64,000 nt of DNA from Vicinamibacteria bacterium. GTDB lineage: Bacteria; Acidobacteriota; Vicinamibacteria; Vicinamibacterales; UBA8438. Shown one piece after another: positions 17,149-25,618 of the stretch (position 1 is its first letter; every line of letters starts with the position of its first letter). The position numbers were made by a program, and so were the translations under genes. The stretch is taken from positions 3,931 to 67,930 of the forward strand of contig JAJEEA010000129.1 of the NCBI GenBank assembly GCA_022821235.1. Direction: 5' to 3'. The notes under the pieces were generated by a model, which had not been told where the DNA came from, made no database searches, and saw nothing but the letters and a program-made list of their open reading frames with translations.

Positions 17149-18573
17149 ATGCGCCATCCCCACTACCAGGCACCGCCAGTGACCCGTCGGGACATGCTCA
17201 AGGCCTGCGGCTGCGGCTTCGGGGGACTCGCCCTGTCGTCGCTGCTCCAGCAGGATTTGGCGGCCGCGCAGGACAACCCCCTGGCGCCGCGGGCGCCGCA
17301 CTTCGCGCCCCGCGCCAAGCGCATCATCTTCCTGCACATGCACGGCGGCCCGTCGCAGCACGACCTGTTCGAGTACAAGCCGCTGCTCGTCCGCGACGAC
17401 AACAAGCCGCTGCCGTTCGCCAAGCCCGACGTGCAGTTCAACGAGACCGGCAACCTCTTCAAGAGCCCCTGGGAGTTCCGGCGGCACGGGCAGTCGGGCC
17501 ACTGGGTGAGCGAGCTGCTGCCCAACCTCGCCGGCGTCGCCGACGACCTCTGTTTCGTGCGCTCGATGTACGGCACGAACGCCGCCCACGGCGGCGCCAT
17601 CCTCGCCATGAACACCGGCAGCGACCGGTTCGTGCGGCCGTCGATGGGGTCGTGGATCTCGTACGGGCTCGGGACCGAGAACGAGAACCTCCCCGCGTTC
17701 ATGACCATCTGCCCGTCGTACCAGCACGGCGGCGTGCAGAACTACTCGGCCGCGTTCCTCCCCGCCGCCTACAACGGCACCGCCATCGGCAACACGCGGA
17801 TGAACACCGCCGAGGCCACCATCGACTTCCTCGAGAACCAGGCCGTCACCCCCGCCGTGCAGCGGGCCGAGGTCGACCTGCTGCAGCGCTGGCAGCGGCG
17901 CCAGCTCGAGTCGACGGGGCCCGACCTCGCGCTGGAGGGCCGCATCGAGTCGTACGAGCTCGCGTTCCGCATGCAGACCGAGGCGCCCGAGCTGATGAGC
18001 GTCGCGGGCGAGTCCGAGGCCACCCGGCGGCTCTACGGCCTCGACGACCCGGTGGCCGGCGACTTCGGGCTGCGCTGTCTCCTCGCCCGGCGCTTCTCCG
18101 AGTCGGGGGTGCGGTTCGTGCAGGCCACCCACGGGCCCGACACCAAGTGGGACCACCACTCGGGGCTCATCACGGGGCTGCCCCGGAGCTGCGCCGAGAT
18201 CGATCGGCCGGTGGCCGGGCTCATCACCGACCTCAAGCAGCGGGGCCTCCTCGACGAGACCCTCGTGCTGTGGGGCGGCGAGTTCGGGCGCACCCCCGGG
18301 GCCGAGGCCGGCGCCCGCAACGGCCGCGACCACAACCCCCACGGCTACACCATGTTCATGGCCGGCGGCGGCGTGAAGGGCGGACACAGCCACGGCCGCA
18401 CCGACGACTACGGCTACTACGCCATCGAGGACAAGGTCCACATCCACGATCTGCACGCGACCATCCTGCACCTGCTCGGCCTCGACCACGAGCGCCTGAC
18501 CTATCGGAGCCAGGGGCGCGACTTCCGGCTCACCGACGTGGCCGGCGTCGTCGTCGACGACATACTGGCGTGA
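17149..18573 (+). CDS. DUF1501 domain-containing protein (sulfatase-fold, Tat signal)
   Basis: VTRRDMLKACGCGFGGLALSSLL followed by IIFLHMHGGPSQHDLF. The standard downstream partner of DUF1549/DUF1553 proteins. Confidence 0.9.
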   Translation: MRHPHYQAPPVTRRDMLKACGCGFGGLALSSLLQQDLAAAQDNPLAPRAPHFAPRAKRIIFLHMHGGPSQHDLFEYKPLLVRDDNKPLPFAKPDVQFNETGNLFKSPWEFRRHGQSGHWVSELLPNLAGVADDLCFVRSMYGTNAAHGGAILAMNTGSDRFVRPSMGSWISYGLGTENENLPAFMTICPSYQHGGVQNYSAAFLPAAYNGTAIGNTRMNTAEATIDFLENQAVTPAVQRAEVDLLQRWQRRQLESTGPDLALEGRIESYELAFRMQTEAPELMSVAGESEATRRLYGLDDPVAGDFGLRCLLARRFSESGVRFVQATHGPDTKWDHHSGLITGLPRSCAEIDRPVAGLITDLKQRGLLDETLVLWGGEFGRTPGAEAGARNGRDHNPHGYTMFMAGGGVKGGHSHGRTDDYGYYAIEDKVHIHDLHATILHLLGLDHERLTYRSQGRDFRLTDVAGVVVDDILA

Positions 18574-18639
18574 AGCGCGGTGTTCGTCGGTCCTCCGGGT
18601 GAAGTCCCGTCCTTCTGTGTCTTTCGCCATAGGGACGGC

Positions 18640-18879
18640 ATGCCGAAACGACTCAAGCTCCACCGCGACCACGAGAACGCTGACGGCTGGAGCTACCGGC
18701 CGGACCCGGAGCGGGAGCCGCGGGTGTTCGTCCCGAACTGTCTGTTGCCTGGACACGGGCGGAACGCGCCCGCGATCATCGTCGTCGAGGGGCTGACATT
18801 CGACCGGGAAGCCGCACGGCCGAAGCGGAGACGGGACGGAAGTACCGCCAGGAGTACCGCCGGTGACCACCAGCGATGA
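18640..18879 (+). CDS. possible small hypothetical protein
   Basis: Internal ATG of ORF 18580..18879. Slightly lower-GC stretch, no family and no clear RBS. Confidence 0.25.
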   Translation: MPKRLKLHRDHENADGWSYRPDPEREPRVFVPNCLLPGHGRNAPAIIVVEGLTFDREAARPKRRRDGSTARSTAGDHQR

Positions 18880-18912
18880 CACGGGCTCGATGCCTGCTGA
18901 GAGGTAAACGAC

Positions 18913-19845
18913 ATGCGACGTCTGGCACTACTGCCGATCACCGCCCTCGCGCTCGGGCTGGTCGCCTGGACCGCCGGCGTCGAGGCGCTGCAGGAGGGCA
19001 ACCCGCCGATCGAGGTGCACCGCATCACCGACGAGCTGCACATGCTCGGGTCGGGGTCGACGACCGGCGGCAACACCGCCGTCCTCATCGCCGAGCACGG
19101 CGTGGTGCTGGTGGACACCAAGAACGAGGGCTACGGGGCGGACATCCTCGGGCACGTGCGGCGGCTCACCGACAAGCCGGTGACCACCATCATCAACACC
19201 CACGTCCACTTCGACCACAGCGGGTCGAACACCGAGTTCCCCGACACCGTCCACTTCGTGGCCCACGAGAACATCCGCCGCCACTGGGCGCGCACCGACT
19301 GCCAACCGATACCCACGAACTGCGACGACTTCCAGGGCGAGAACGCGAAGTACCTGCCGTCGACCACCTTCTCCGACCGGCTGACGCTGTTCGCCGGCGG
19401 CCCCGACCAGATCGACCTCTACTACTTCGGCCGCGGCCACACCGACGGCGACACCTTCGTCGTCTTCAAGGCGGCGCGCACCATGCACACCGGCGACATG
19501 TTCCTCGGCAAGCTGCTCCCGTTCATCGACGCCGCGAACGGCAACGGCGGCAGCGCCATCGAGTTCGGCCGCACCCTGACCCGCGTCGTCAACACCGTCC
19601 CCGACGTCGACACCATCATCACCGGCCACTGGGACACCCTGCTCGCGTGGAGCGACCTCGTGGAGTACCGGGCGTTCTACCTGGACCTGGTCGAGCAGAC
19701 CCGGCGGAGCATCGACGCGGGGCTCGGCCCCGACGAGGCGATCGCCGCCTACGCCAAGCCGGCGCGGTTCGCCGACTACGCGGCGCCGCTGGAGGGCACG
19801 TTCAGCGTGACCGCCATCGTGAATCACATCTACGAGGGGCGCTGA
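18913..19845 (+). CDS. MBL-fold metallo-hydrolase, secreted
   Basis: Signal peptide MRRLALLPITALALGLVAWTAG. H-x-H-x-D-H motif (NTHVHFDHSG). Later HTDGDTFV and HTGD. Confidence 0.9.
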   Translation: MRRLALLPITALALGLVAWTAGVEALQEGNPPIEVHRITDELHMLGSGSTTGGNTAVLIAEHGVVLVDTKNEGYGADILGHVRRLTDKPVTTIINTHVHFDHSGSNTEFPDTVHFVAHENIRRHWARTDCQPIPTNCDDFQGENAKYLPSTTFSDRLTLFAGGPDQIDLYYFGRGHTDGDTFVVFKAARTMHTGDMFLGKLLPFIDAANGNGGSAIEFGRTLTRVVNTVPDVDTIITGHWDTLLAWSDLVEYRAFYLDLVEQTRRSIDAGLGPDEAIAAYAKPARFADYAAPLEGTFSVTAIVNHIYEGR

Positions 19846-20100
19846 CGGGAAGACCACGATTCCGGAGAGCAGGCCGTGAGCACAGCGCGGTCAGCCCACA
19901 TCGAGCCGCCAAGACGCGGCGCAAGCGTACAACTGAGGCGGAACCGCGATAGGGGTGTTTGCATGGAGCACAAGGCTCGCCTGCGCCTTGTTATGTACCG
20001 CTACGCCGGCCGGCGCTGGCGTTCGATGGGAGTCCAGGCTACCGATACGGCTGGGCGCCGGGCCACCAGACCGCGGTCGCCCCGCATCGAATCCGTGCTT

Positions 20101-21477
20101 ATGCGAGTGTGGAGCAGCGGATGGGTCGCGTCTTGCATGGGTACCTCCGTCGCGATCTCCGTCGTTTTCGGGCTCTGGGCTCCTCCGGTTCATGCGCAGC
20201 CCCCAACATGCGCCTGGACGGACAATCCCATCGTGAGCGGCCAGACACCGATCAAGGCCCAGCACATCAACGAGCTTCGCGCCTGCCTGGATGCGATTCT
20301 GGCGAACTGGCCGGGCACCACGGATACTTCGGTCCCTCGGCCGACCATTGCTGCCATCGTCTTCAACAACTCCCCGGTCGAGGGGGACACGTACCGCGGC
20401 GGAGAGGATATCTCCGTAGGACTTCGCTTCAGCGAGCAGGTCCGCATCACCGGCCGACCTCGCTTGGCCTTGACCATTGGCAACGCAGTACGGCAGGCCA
20501 CCACGTACCAGGACTCGTCGCCGATGGACTTCCGATCGTTCAGGTACGCCGTCCAGGCGGATGATCTCGATACCGATGGCCTCGGCATTGCCGCTGACGC
20601 CCTCACGCTCAATGGCGGCAGCATCCGTAGCCTGACGGGCGTCGATGCCGTCCTCAACCTCGGCTCCCACTCCGTCGCCGCGGGCCCGACGCGCAAGGTG
20701 GACGGCGGCACGGGAGGTCCGGTCGGAGGCTCCATCCTCGATTGCCCCCTCAAGGTCGCCGGCAACGGCTATGCCGTCTGTCACGTCGAAGGTTACGCCG
20801 ACGACGCCGAGTTCGTGCGTGGTGTCCTCGGTCCTGCGGCCACCCGCCTGAGCCAGCGCTTCCGCCCGACCACGACTCCGGTGGATCTATACCTCTTCCC
20901 TGAGCCGGGCACCGTTCACGGGATCACGATCCAGCCGGGTACGGCCCTGGCTTACGGCGGTCCGCGGCATCTTGCCATCTATCCGATGGCGCGCTCCGCG
21001 CCCGCGATGCGCGGGGCTTGCTGTACCGGCCTCGGTCTGCCGTTTACGGACCTGGCGTATCAGCGCACGGTCCTCGTACACGAGTTGTCGACAGCGTTCA
21101 TTCATCATTACCCGGGCTACACGAAATGGGCCGGCTGGTTCGTACAGGGCCTCGAGCAGTACGAGGGCCTCGAGGCGGCGGGCACGCTCTGGCAACGGGC
21201 CGCCGAGCGCGTCTGGCGGGACGATTCGGTCGCTTGCGGGCGCAGTGCCAGCGGCGACGAGCGGTTGGTCGTTTCGGAACGGTACTGGGCAGGCGCTCTG
21301 CTGCTCCGCTATTTTGCGGCCCGCTTCGGCGAGGACAGCCACGTGCGCATTCTCCAGAGTCGGCGCGGCACGCTCACCGAAGCCACTACCGATGAGCAAC
21401 CGCCGGGCGAGAGTCCTTGCGAGCTGTTCGACGACTGGCGGGCATGGATGCGCAACAGCTACAGACTCGGCGGCTGA
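20101..21477 (+). CDS. hypothetical secreted protein
   Basis: ATG 20101 gives a signal peptide (MRVWSSGWVASCMGTSVAISVVFGLWAPPVHA). Contains WTDNPIVSGQTPIKAQHINELRACLDAI and an adhesin-like block (FRYAVQADDLDTDGLGIAADALTLNGGSI). Lower GC than the flanks. Confidence 0.75.
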   Translation: MRVWSSGWVASCMGTSVAISVVFGLWAPPVHAQPPTCAWTDNPIVSGQTPIKAQHINELRACLDAILANWPGTTDTSVPRPTIAAIVFNNSPVEGDTYRGGEDISVGLRFSEQVRITGRPRLALTIGNAVRQATTYQDSSPMDFRSFRYAVQADDLDTDGLGIAADALTLNGGSIRSLTGVDAVLNLGSHSVAAGPTRKVDGGTGGPVGGSILDCPLKVAGNGYAVCHVEGYADDAEFVRGVLGPAATRLSQRFRPTTTPVDLYLFPEPGTVHGITIQPGTALAYGGPRHLAIYPMARSAPAMRGACCTGLGLPFTDLAYQRTVLVHELSTAFIHHYPGYTKWAGWFVQGLEQYEGLEAAGTLWQRAAERVWRDDSVACGRSASGDERLVVSERYWAGALLLRYFAARFGEDSHVRILQSRRGTLTEATTDEQPPGESPCELFDDWRAWMRNSYRLGG

Positions 21478-21560
21478 AATGGCCACTTCCGAACGAGCGC
21501 TGTCGCATCCTCATCCCCCCGCGCGAGTGGATGGTGGTTCGACGAACGACCAGGACAGTC

Positions 21561-22064
21561 ATGATGAAGCCAACCAAGAACGTCTGGGTGGTCCGTGCCA
21601 ACAGCGGCAAGTACGTCGGGCATTTTGTCGGTGGCGGGTTCGTTGCCACAGACACCAGGGTGGAGGCCGTGGGCGCCCCCGATCGCGCAGAAATCAGGCG
21701 TCGCTACGAGTTGGAGTGTCCGGGAAGGACGCCAGCTGAAGTTGCCAGCCAGGTTGGCCAACTCTACACATTTGTCTTCCGCATTCGGGAGGGCGACTAT
21801 GTAATCACACCAACAACCAGAGCGAGTAGCTTGCGCTACGGTCGTGTGACCGGATCTCTCCGCTCTGATGGGGAGAACGATGACTGCCCGTACCTGAATC
21901 GGCGGTCAGTCGTGTGGTCATCGGTGTGTTTGCAGGAGCCGCGTTCCATGAAGTCTCTGTGGAGAACACTCCGGTGTGGGCTCGCTGTCTTCCAAGTCAA
22001 ATCTGCAGCGCGTGACGAGTTCATACAGTACATCGCTACGTTCGATCCAAAGGCCAACCAATAG
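21561..22064 (+). CDS. stand-alone domain resembling the N-terminal module of Mrr-type restriction endonucleases (no catalytic domain)
   Basis: MMKPTKNVWVVRANSGKYVGHFVGGGFVATD...FRIREGDYVITP...RRSVVWSS. The pattern matches, from memory, a ~160-aa module fused to Mrr_cat domains. The ORF stops at 167 aa. Lower GC. Confidence 0.55.
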   Translation: MMKPTKNVWVVRANSGKYVGHFVGGGFVATDTRVEAVGAPDRAEIRRRYELECPGRTPAEVASQVGQLYTFVFRIREGDYVITPTTRASSLRYGRVTGSLRSDGENDDCPYLNRRSVVWSSVCLQEPRSMKSLWRTLRCGLAVFQVKSAARDEFIQYIATFDPKANQ

Positions 22065-22173
22065 TGGGGCCGCGGGCTTCTCAGCAACACTCGTTTGTCG
22101 AGCGGAGAGGGGATGTGCGTACCCGGGAGGAGAGGGTGTCGTTCGGCGGCGGGGGATTCTCGCGAGAGCGGCG

Positions 22174-22672
22174 TCACATCCCCCAGACGGTGACAGGCGC
22201 GCCATCAGGGCCGGCCGGGGCCTCGCGGCGGAACAGCTTCTCCTCCCACGTCCGGTCCGGCGCGCGGTCGAAGACGATCAGGTGGCCCGCCTCGGCGCCG
22301 CAACGGTCCATGTAGCCGCGCGTCTGCGACAGCCCGTCTGCGATGGTGCGCTCGGCATCCTTGTGCAGCACCTTGCACTCGACCACGAACTTGCGGGTGC
22401 GCCCGCCCTGGGCAATAGGATGAGCAGGTCGACGCGCCCCCGGCCGAGCGCGTACTCCCGCTCGAGGCGGCCCCCGCCGTTCACGATCCGTTGCAGGTGC
22501 GCCTGCAGGTGCAACTGCGGACCGCCTCGTGGTACTGCTCGAAGCGCTGCACCCAGTGCTCGGAGTGCTCGCGGAAGAACGTCTGGAAGGCGGCGATCAA
22601 TCGGTCGACGTCGAGTCCGCCGTCCGCGTCGATATACCAGGCCGTCCTTTGCGGCAACCCCATCTCAGGCAT
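22174..22672 (-). pseudogene. 3' remnant of the NTPase/PD-(D/E)XK nuclease fusion family (frameshifted)
   Basis: Near-identical at nucleotide level to 23581-24072. Split over three minus frames (ORFs 22481..22672, 22278..22514, 22174..22386) by 1-nt deletions near 22411-22418 and 22521-22526. Retains the VECKV nuclease motif. Confidence 0.85.
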
Positions 22673-22673
22673 C

Positions 22674-23000
22674 TCAGGCGCCGATACGGAGTCTCCCCGG
22701 TCGTTCCGAACGGGGCTTTCGGATGACGATGTTCACGTCGCGCCCCAGTGCCGTCAGCAGACGCAGGAGGCGTTCCATGGAGTACTCCTGGAAGTTGCCC
22801 CGCAGCAGGCGCGACACATCGGGTTGCGACAGCCCCAGCAGCTTGGCCGCGTCGACCTGCTTGAGGCCGCGCTGGCGAATGATCCTGTCGATGCGGGTGA
22901 CCAGCTCCGCCTTGAGCAGGTGCGTTTCGGCGTCCGGGAGCCCCAGGTCCGTGAACACGTTGCCGCTGCTGCGTTCTATCTCTTCCTTGTCGGTCTTCAT
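22674..23000 (-). CDS. higA: XRE-family HTH antitoxin (HigA-like)
   Basis: MKTDKEEIERSSGNVFTDLGLPDAE...LLGLSQPDVSRLLRGNFQEYSMERLLRLLTALG. ATG at 23000, with an alternative GTG at 23015. Directly downstream of the toxin gene. Confidence 0.85.
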   Translation of the reverse strand: MKTDKEEIERSSGNVFTDLGLPDAETHLLKAELVTRIDRIIRQRGLKQVDAAKLLGLSQPDVSRLLRGNFQEYSMERLLRLLTALGRDVNIVIRKPRSERPGRLRIGA

Positions 23001-23004
23001 CGGT

Positions 23005-23373
23005 CTACCCTTCACCGTAATGTTCGTTGTAGTGCTGTTGCGCCGCCTCGAACCTGCGTCTGATCAGATCGATCTCCCTCTTCGGCGTCGCGATCCCCCG
23101 CTTGGCCTTCTTCTGAAAGGCGTGCAGGACGTAGACGGCGGACCTGAATCGGGCGGTATACACCACCCGGAAGGAATCACCGTCGTGACGCGAGGAGACC
23201 TCCAGGATATTGCCGGCCAAGCCCCTGAGGGGTTTCGCGGCGCGGTGTTTGAGTCCCACCTGGGCCTGATACAGCGCATAGCCGACCACGCTCCGCACGG
23301 TGGACGGAAACTGGAGCAGGTTCGCCCTGCTGGAGCCGACCCACTCGACAGGCTTCGGTATTTCTGCGGCCAC
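23005..23373 (-). CDS. higB: Gp49-like RelE/HigB-family toxin
   Basis: WVGSSRANLLQFPSTVRSVVGYALYQAQVG...FRVVYTARFRSAVYVLHAFQKKAKRGIATPKREIDL. The only plausible start is GTG 23373, 7 nt after a TATACT box. Confidence 0.8.
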   Translation of the reverse strand: MAAEIPKPVEWVGSSRANLLQFPSTVRSVVGYALYQAQVGLKHRAAKPLRGLAGNILEVSSRHDGDSFRVVYTARFRSAVYVLHAFQKKAKRGIATPKREIDLIRRRFEAAQQHYNEHYGEG

Positions 23374-23409
23374 AGCTTCGAGTATAGTGAAACCGCCATA
23401 TATGCACAA
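23374..23409 (-). promoter_or_regulatory. higBA promoter candidate (TTGTGC-17-TATACT-N7-GTG), apparently leaderless
   Basis: TATACT at 23381-23386 on the minus strand. There is no room for a Shine-Dalgarno sequence. Confidence 0.4.
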
Positions 23410-23580
23410 GCAACCATCGCCGCCGGACAACAGTCCAGGGCGGGCGGGAAGGGGGCTCGCGTCCGGGACGCCGACTCGAAACGGGCGTCACGGCACGAGA
23501 TGGGCCCTCTACACGCCGGGAGGACGACCAGGAGGACGACCCGCGGGCGGTGGGGAGACAGCGGTCGATCGGTAACGGCG

Positions 23581-25170
23581 TCACATCCCCCAGACAGTGA
23601 TCGGCGCGCCATCAGGGCCGGCTGGTCCGTCGAGGCGGAACAGCTTCTCCTCCCAGGTCCGGTCCGGCGCGCGGTCGAAGACGATGAGGTGGCCGGCCTC
23701 GGCGCCGCAACGGTCCATGTAGCCGCGCGTCTGCGCCAGCCCGTCCGCGATGGTGCGTTCGGCATCCTTGTGCAGCACCTTGCACTCGACCACGAACTTG
23801 CGGGTGCGCCCGCCCTGGGGCCAGAGGATGAGCAGGTCGACGCGCCCCCGGCCGAGCGCGTACTCCCGCTCGAGGCGGCCCCCGCCGTTCACGATCCGTT
23901 GCAGGTAGGCCTGCAGGAGCAACTGCGGACCGGCCTCGTGGTACTGCTCGAAGCGCTGCACCCAGTGTTCGGAGTGCTCGCGGAAGAACGTCTGGAACGC
24001 CTCGAGCAGTCCGTCGACGTCGAGGCCGCCGTCCGCGTCGACGTACCAGGCCGTCCGCTGCGGCAGCCCCATCTGCACCGCGTGGTTCAGATGCCGCGGC
24101 ACCACCTCGGCGTAGATCGGGTTGGCGATGCGCGGCGTGCCGTCGTCTTCCAGCGCGACCAGTCCGAGGTCGTGGACGTAGGCCACGTCCTCGGTCGACC
24201 AGGCGGACACGGCGGCGCCGGTCAGAATCGGCTCGATCACCCGGCGCACCCGTTCCTCCCGCAGCTTGTGGGCCAGATCGTCGAGGTGGGTCACGCGCGC
24301 CAGGATGAGCCGTTCCTGGGCGTCCACGATGTCGGCCTCGGTGATGGCGCGGGAGCGGTCGCGTCCGGCCCCGCTCTCGAAGCAGGCTTCCCGGCACAAT
24401 GCGTTCACCAGCCACGGTTGGCCGGCCGAGCGCGCCAGTATCAGCTCCAGTGCTCCGTCGGTGAACGCCTGCCCGGTCTCCTCGGTGTGCTGGGCGAGCA
24501 GGGCCCGCGCCTCGGCCTCGGTGAAGTCGCCCAGGCGTAGCGACTTCGACTTGACGTTGAAGGCGCTGCCGCCGAGGACCAGGGCGTTCTGAGCGGTGGA
24601 GTGGATGCGGTAGTCGCGCACGTCCCGCACCCCGCACAGGAGCACGCTCTGCGGGAAGCGGCCGGGCCGGTCCGGATAGCCGGCGCGCAACTGCCGCAGC
24701 ACCGACAGCAGGGTGTCGCCCACCAGCGCGTCGATCTCGTCGACTAAGAGCACCAGCGGCTTCGGTTCCGCCATGCACCAGCGCTCCAGCGACGCCCGCA
24801 GGGCGCCGAGCGGTCCCGCCCCCTCCAGCGCGTCCCGCCAGATGTCGGCGAGGATGCGGCTGCCCAGGGTGGCCTGCTCTTCCGACGCCAACTGGTAGAG
24901 GGTGACGCGCATGGCCTCCGCAACGTTCTCCCGCGCCGCCTGGGCGGGCTCCACGTTGATGTACACACACCGGTGGTCGCCGCCCGCGTTCAACAAGTCG
25001 CGTAGCGCCAGCAGCGCCGATGTCTTTCCGGTCTGTCGCGGCGCATGGAGCACGAAGTACCGCTTGTCGCGGACGAGACCGAGCAGCTCGTCGAGGTTCA
25101 CCCGGTCGAGGGGCGGGATGTGGTAGTGGTCGTCCGGGCGGACCGGGCCCTCGGTGTTGAAGAAGCGCAT
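23581..25170 (-). CDS. P-loop NTPase fused to a C-terminal PD-(D/E)XK nuclease-like domain (copy A)
   Basis: Start at MRFFNTEGPV. Walker A HAPRQTGKTSALLAL and Walker B PLVLLVDEIDAL. C-terminus GRGRVDLLILWPQGGRTRKFVVECKV (D...E-x-K). Confidence 0.85.
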   Translation of the reverse strand: MRFFNTEGPVRPDDHYHIPPLDRVNLDELLGLVRDKRYFVLHAPRQTGKTSALLALRDLLNAGGDHRCVYINVEPAQAARENVAEAMRVTLYQLASEEQATLGSRILADIWRDALEGAGPLGALRASLERWCMAEPKPLVLLVDEIDALVGDTLLSVLRQLRAGYPDRPGRFPQSVLLCGVRDVRDYRIHSTAQNALVLGGSAFNVKSKSLRLGDFTEAEARALLAQHTEETGQAFTDGALELILARSAGQPWLVNALCREACFESGAGRDRSRAITEADIVDAQERLILARVTHLDDLAHKLREERVRRVIEPILTGAAVSAWSTEDVAYVHDLGLVALEDDGTPRIANPIYAEVVPRHLNHAVQMGLPQRTAWYVDADGGLDVDGLLEAFQTFFREHSEHWVQRFEQYHEAGPQLLLQAYLQRIVNGGGRLEREYALGRGRVDLLILWPQGGRTRKFVVECKVLHKDAERTIADGLAQTRGYMDRCGAEAGHLIVFDRAPDRTWEEKLFRLDGPAGPDGAPITVWGM

Positions 25171-25618
25171 GCTGCTCGGATTGTCGCATCGGGCGCCGCC
25201 GTTGTCAGCCGGAGGGTTTGTCATGGTGGGTGGGGGCGTGCTCCGGGTGCCGATTCGCAGCCGTCCCCGACCTCCGGTTCGCGTGTGCGACGCGCACCGA
25301 CGACTTGCCGGTCACGGTGACATCGCCGCGCAGCCGCTCCGGACCTCCAGCCCGCGTGGGCGACCCTCACGGGTTTCCCAAGGCGTTGGCCGGGTTCACG
25401 ACGCGAACGGTGTGCCGCGGCCCGCGCCGGAGATCCGCCCTGTCGGGCGGGAGGGGTGCGCCGGGATGGTGAGACGAGCGTCAGGGGCGGTTGGCGAAAG
25501 CGGCCGGCTGCGCGTCGGTGTCGCGGCTGTCCGCAGGATCCGCACCTTCTTGTCTAGCACGCGGCCGGGAGCGCCGCCTTGACAAGGCCGGGGGATCTTG
25601 AGGACAGTTCGGATCGAC

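Noticed and set aside
21040-21110. HELSTAFIHH in the secreted protein as a zinc-metalloprotease HExxH site.
   Set aside because: The motif is H-E-x-x-T, not H-E-x-x-H, and no third ligand pattern was recognised. This is not enough for a peptidase call.
21976-24540. 854-aa plus-strand ORF spanning higBA and the NTPase-nuclease copies; likewise 25481..27973(-) and 27990..30341(-).
   Set aside because: They run antisense to well-supported genes on the other strand and give low-complexity translations.
25579-25584. TTGACA hexamer upstream of the PQQ dehydrogenase as a promoter.
   Set aside because: No acceptable -10 hexamer lies at 16-19 nt spacing, and the hexamer sits only 35 nt from the start codon.
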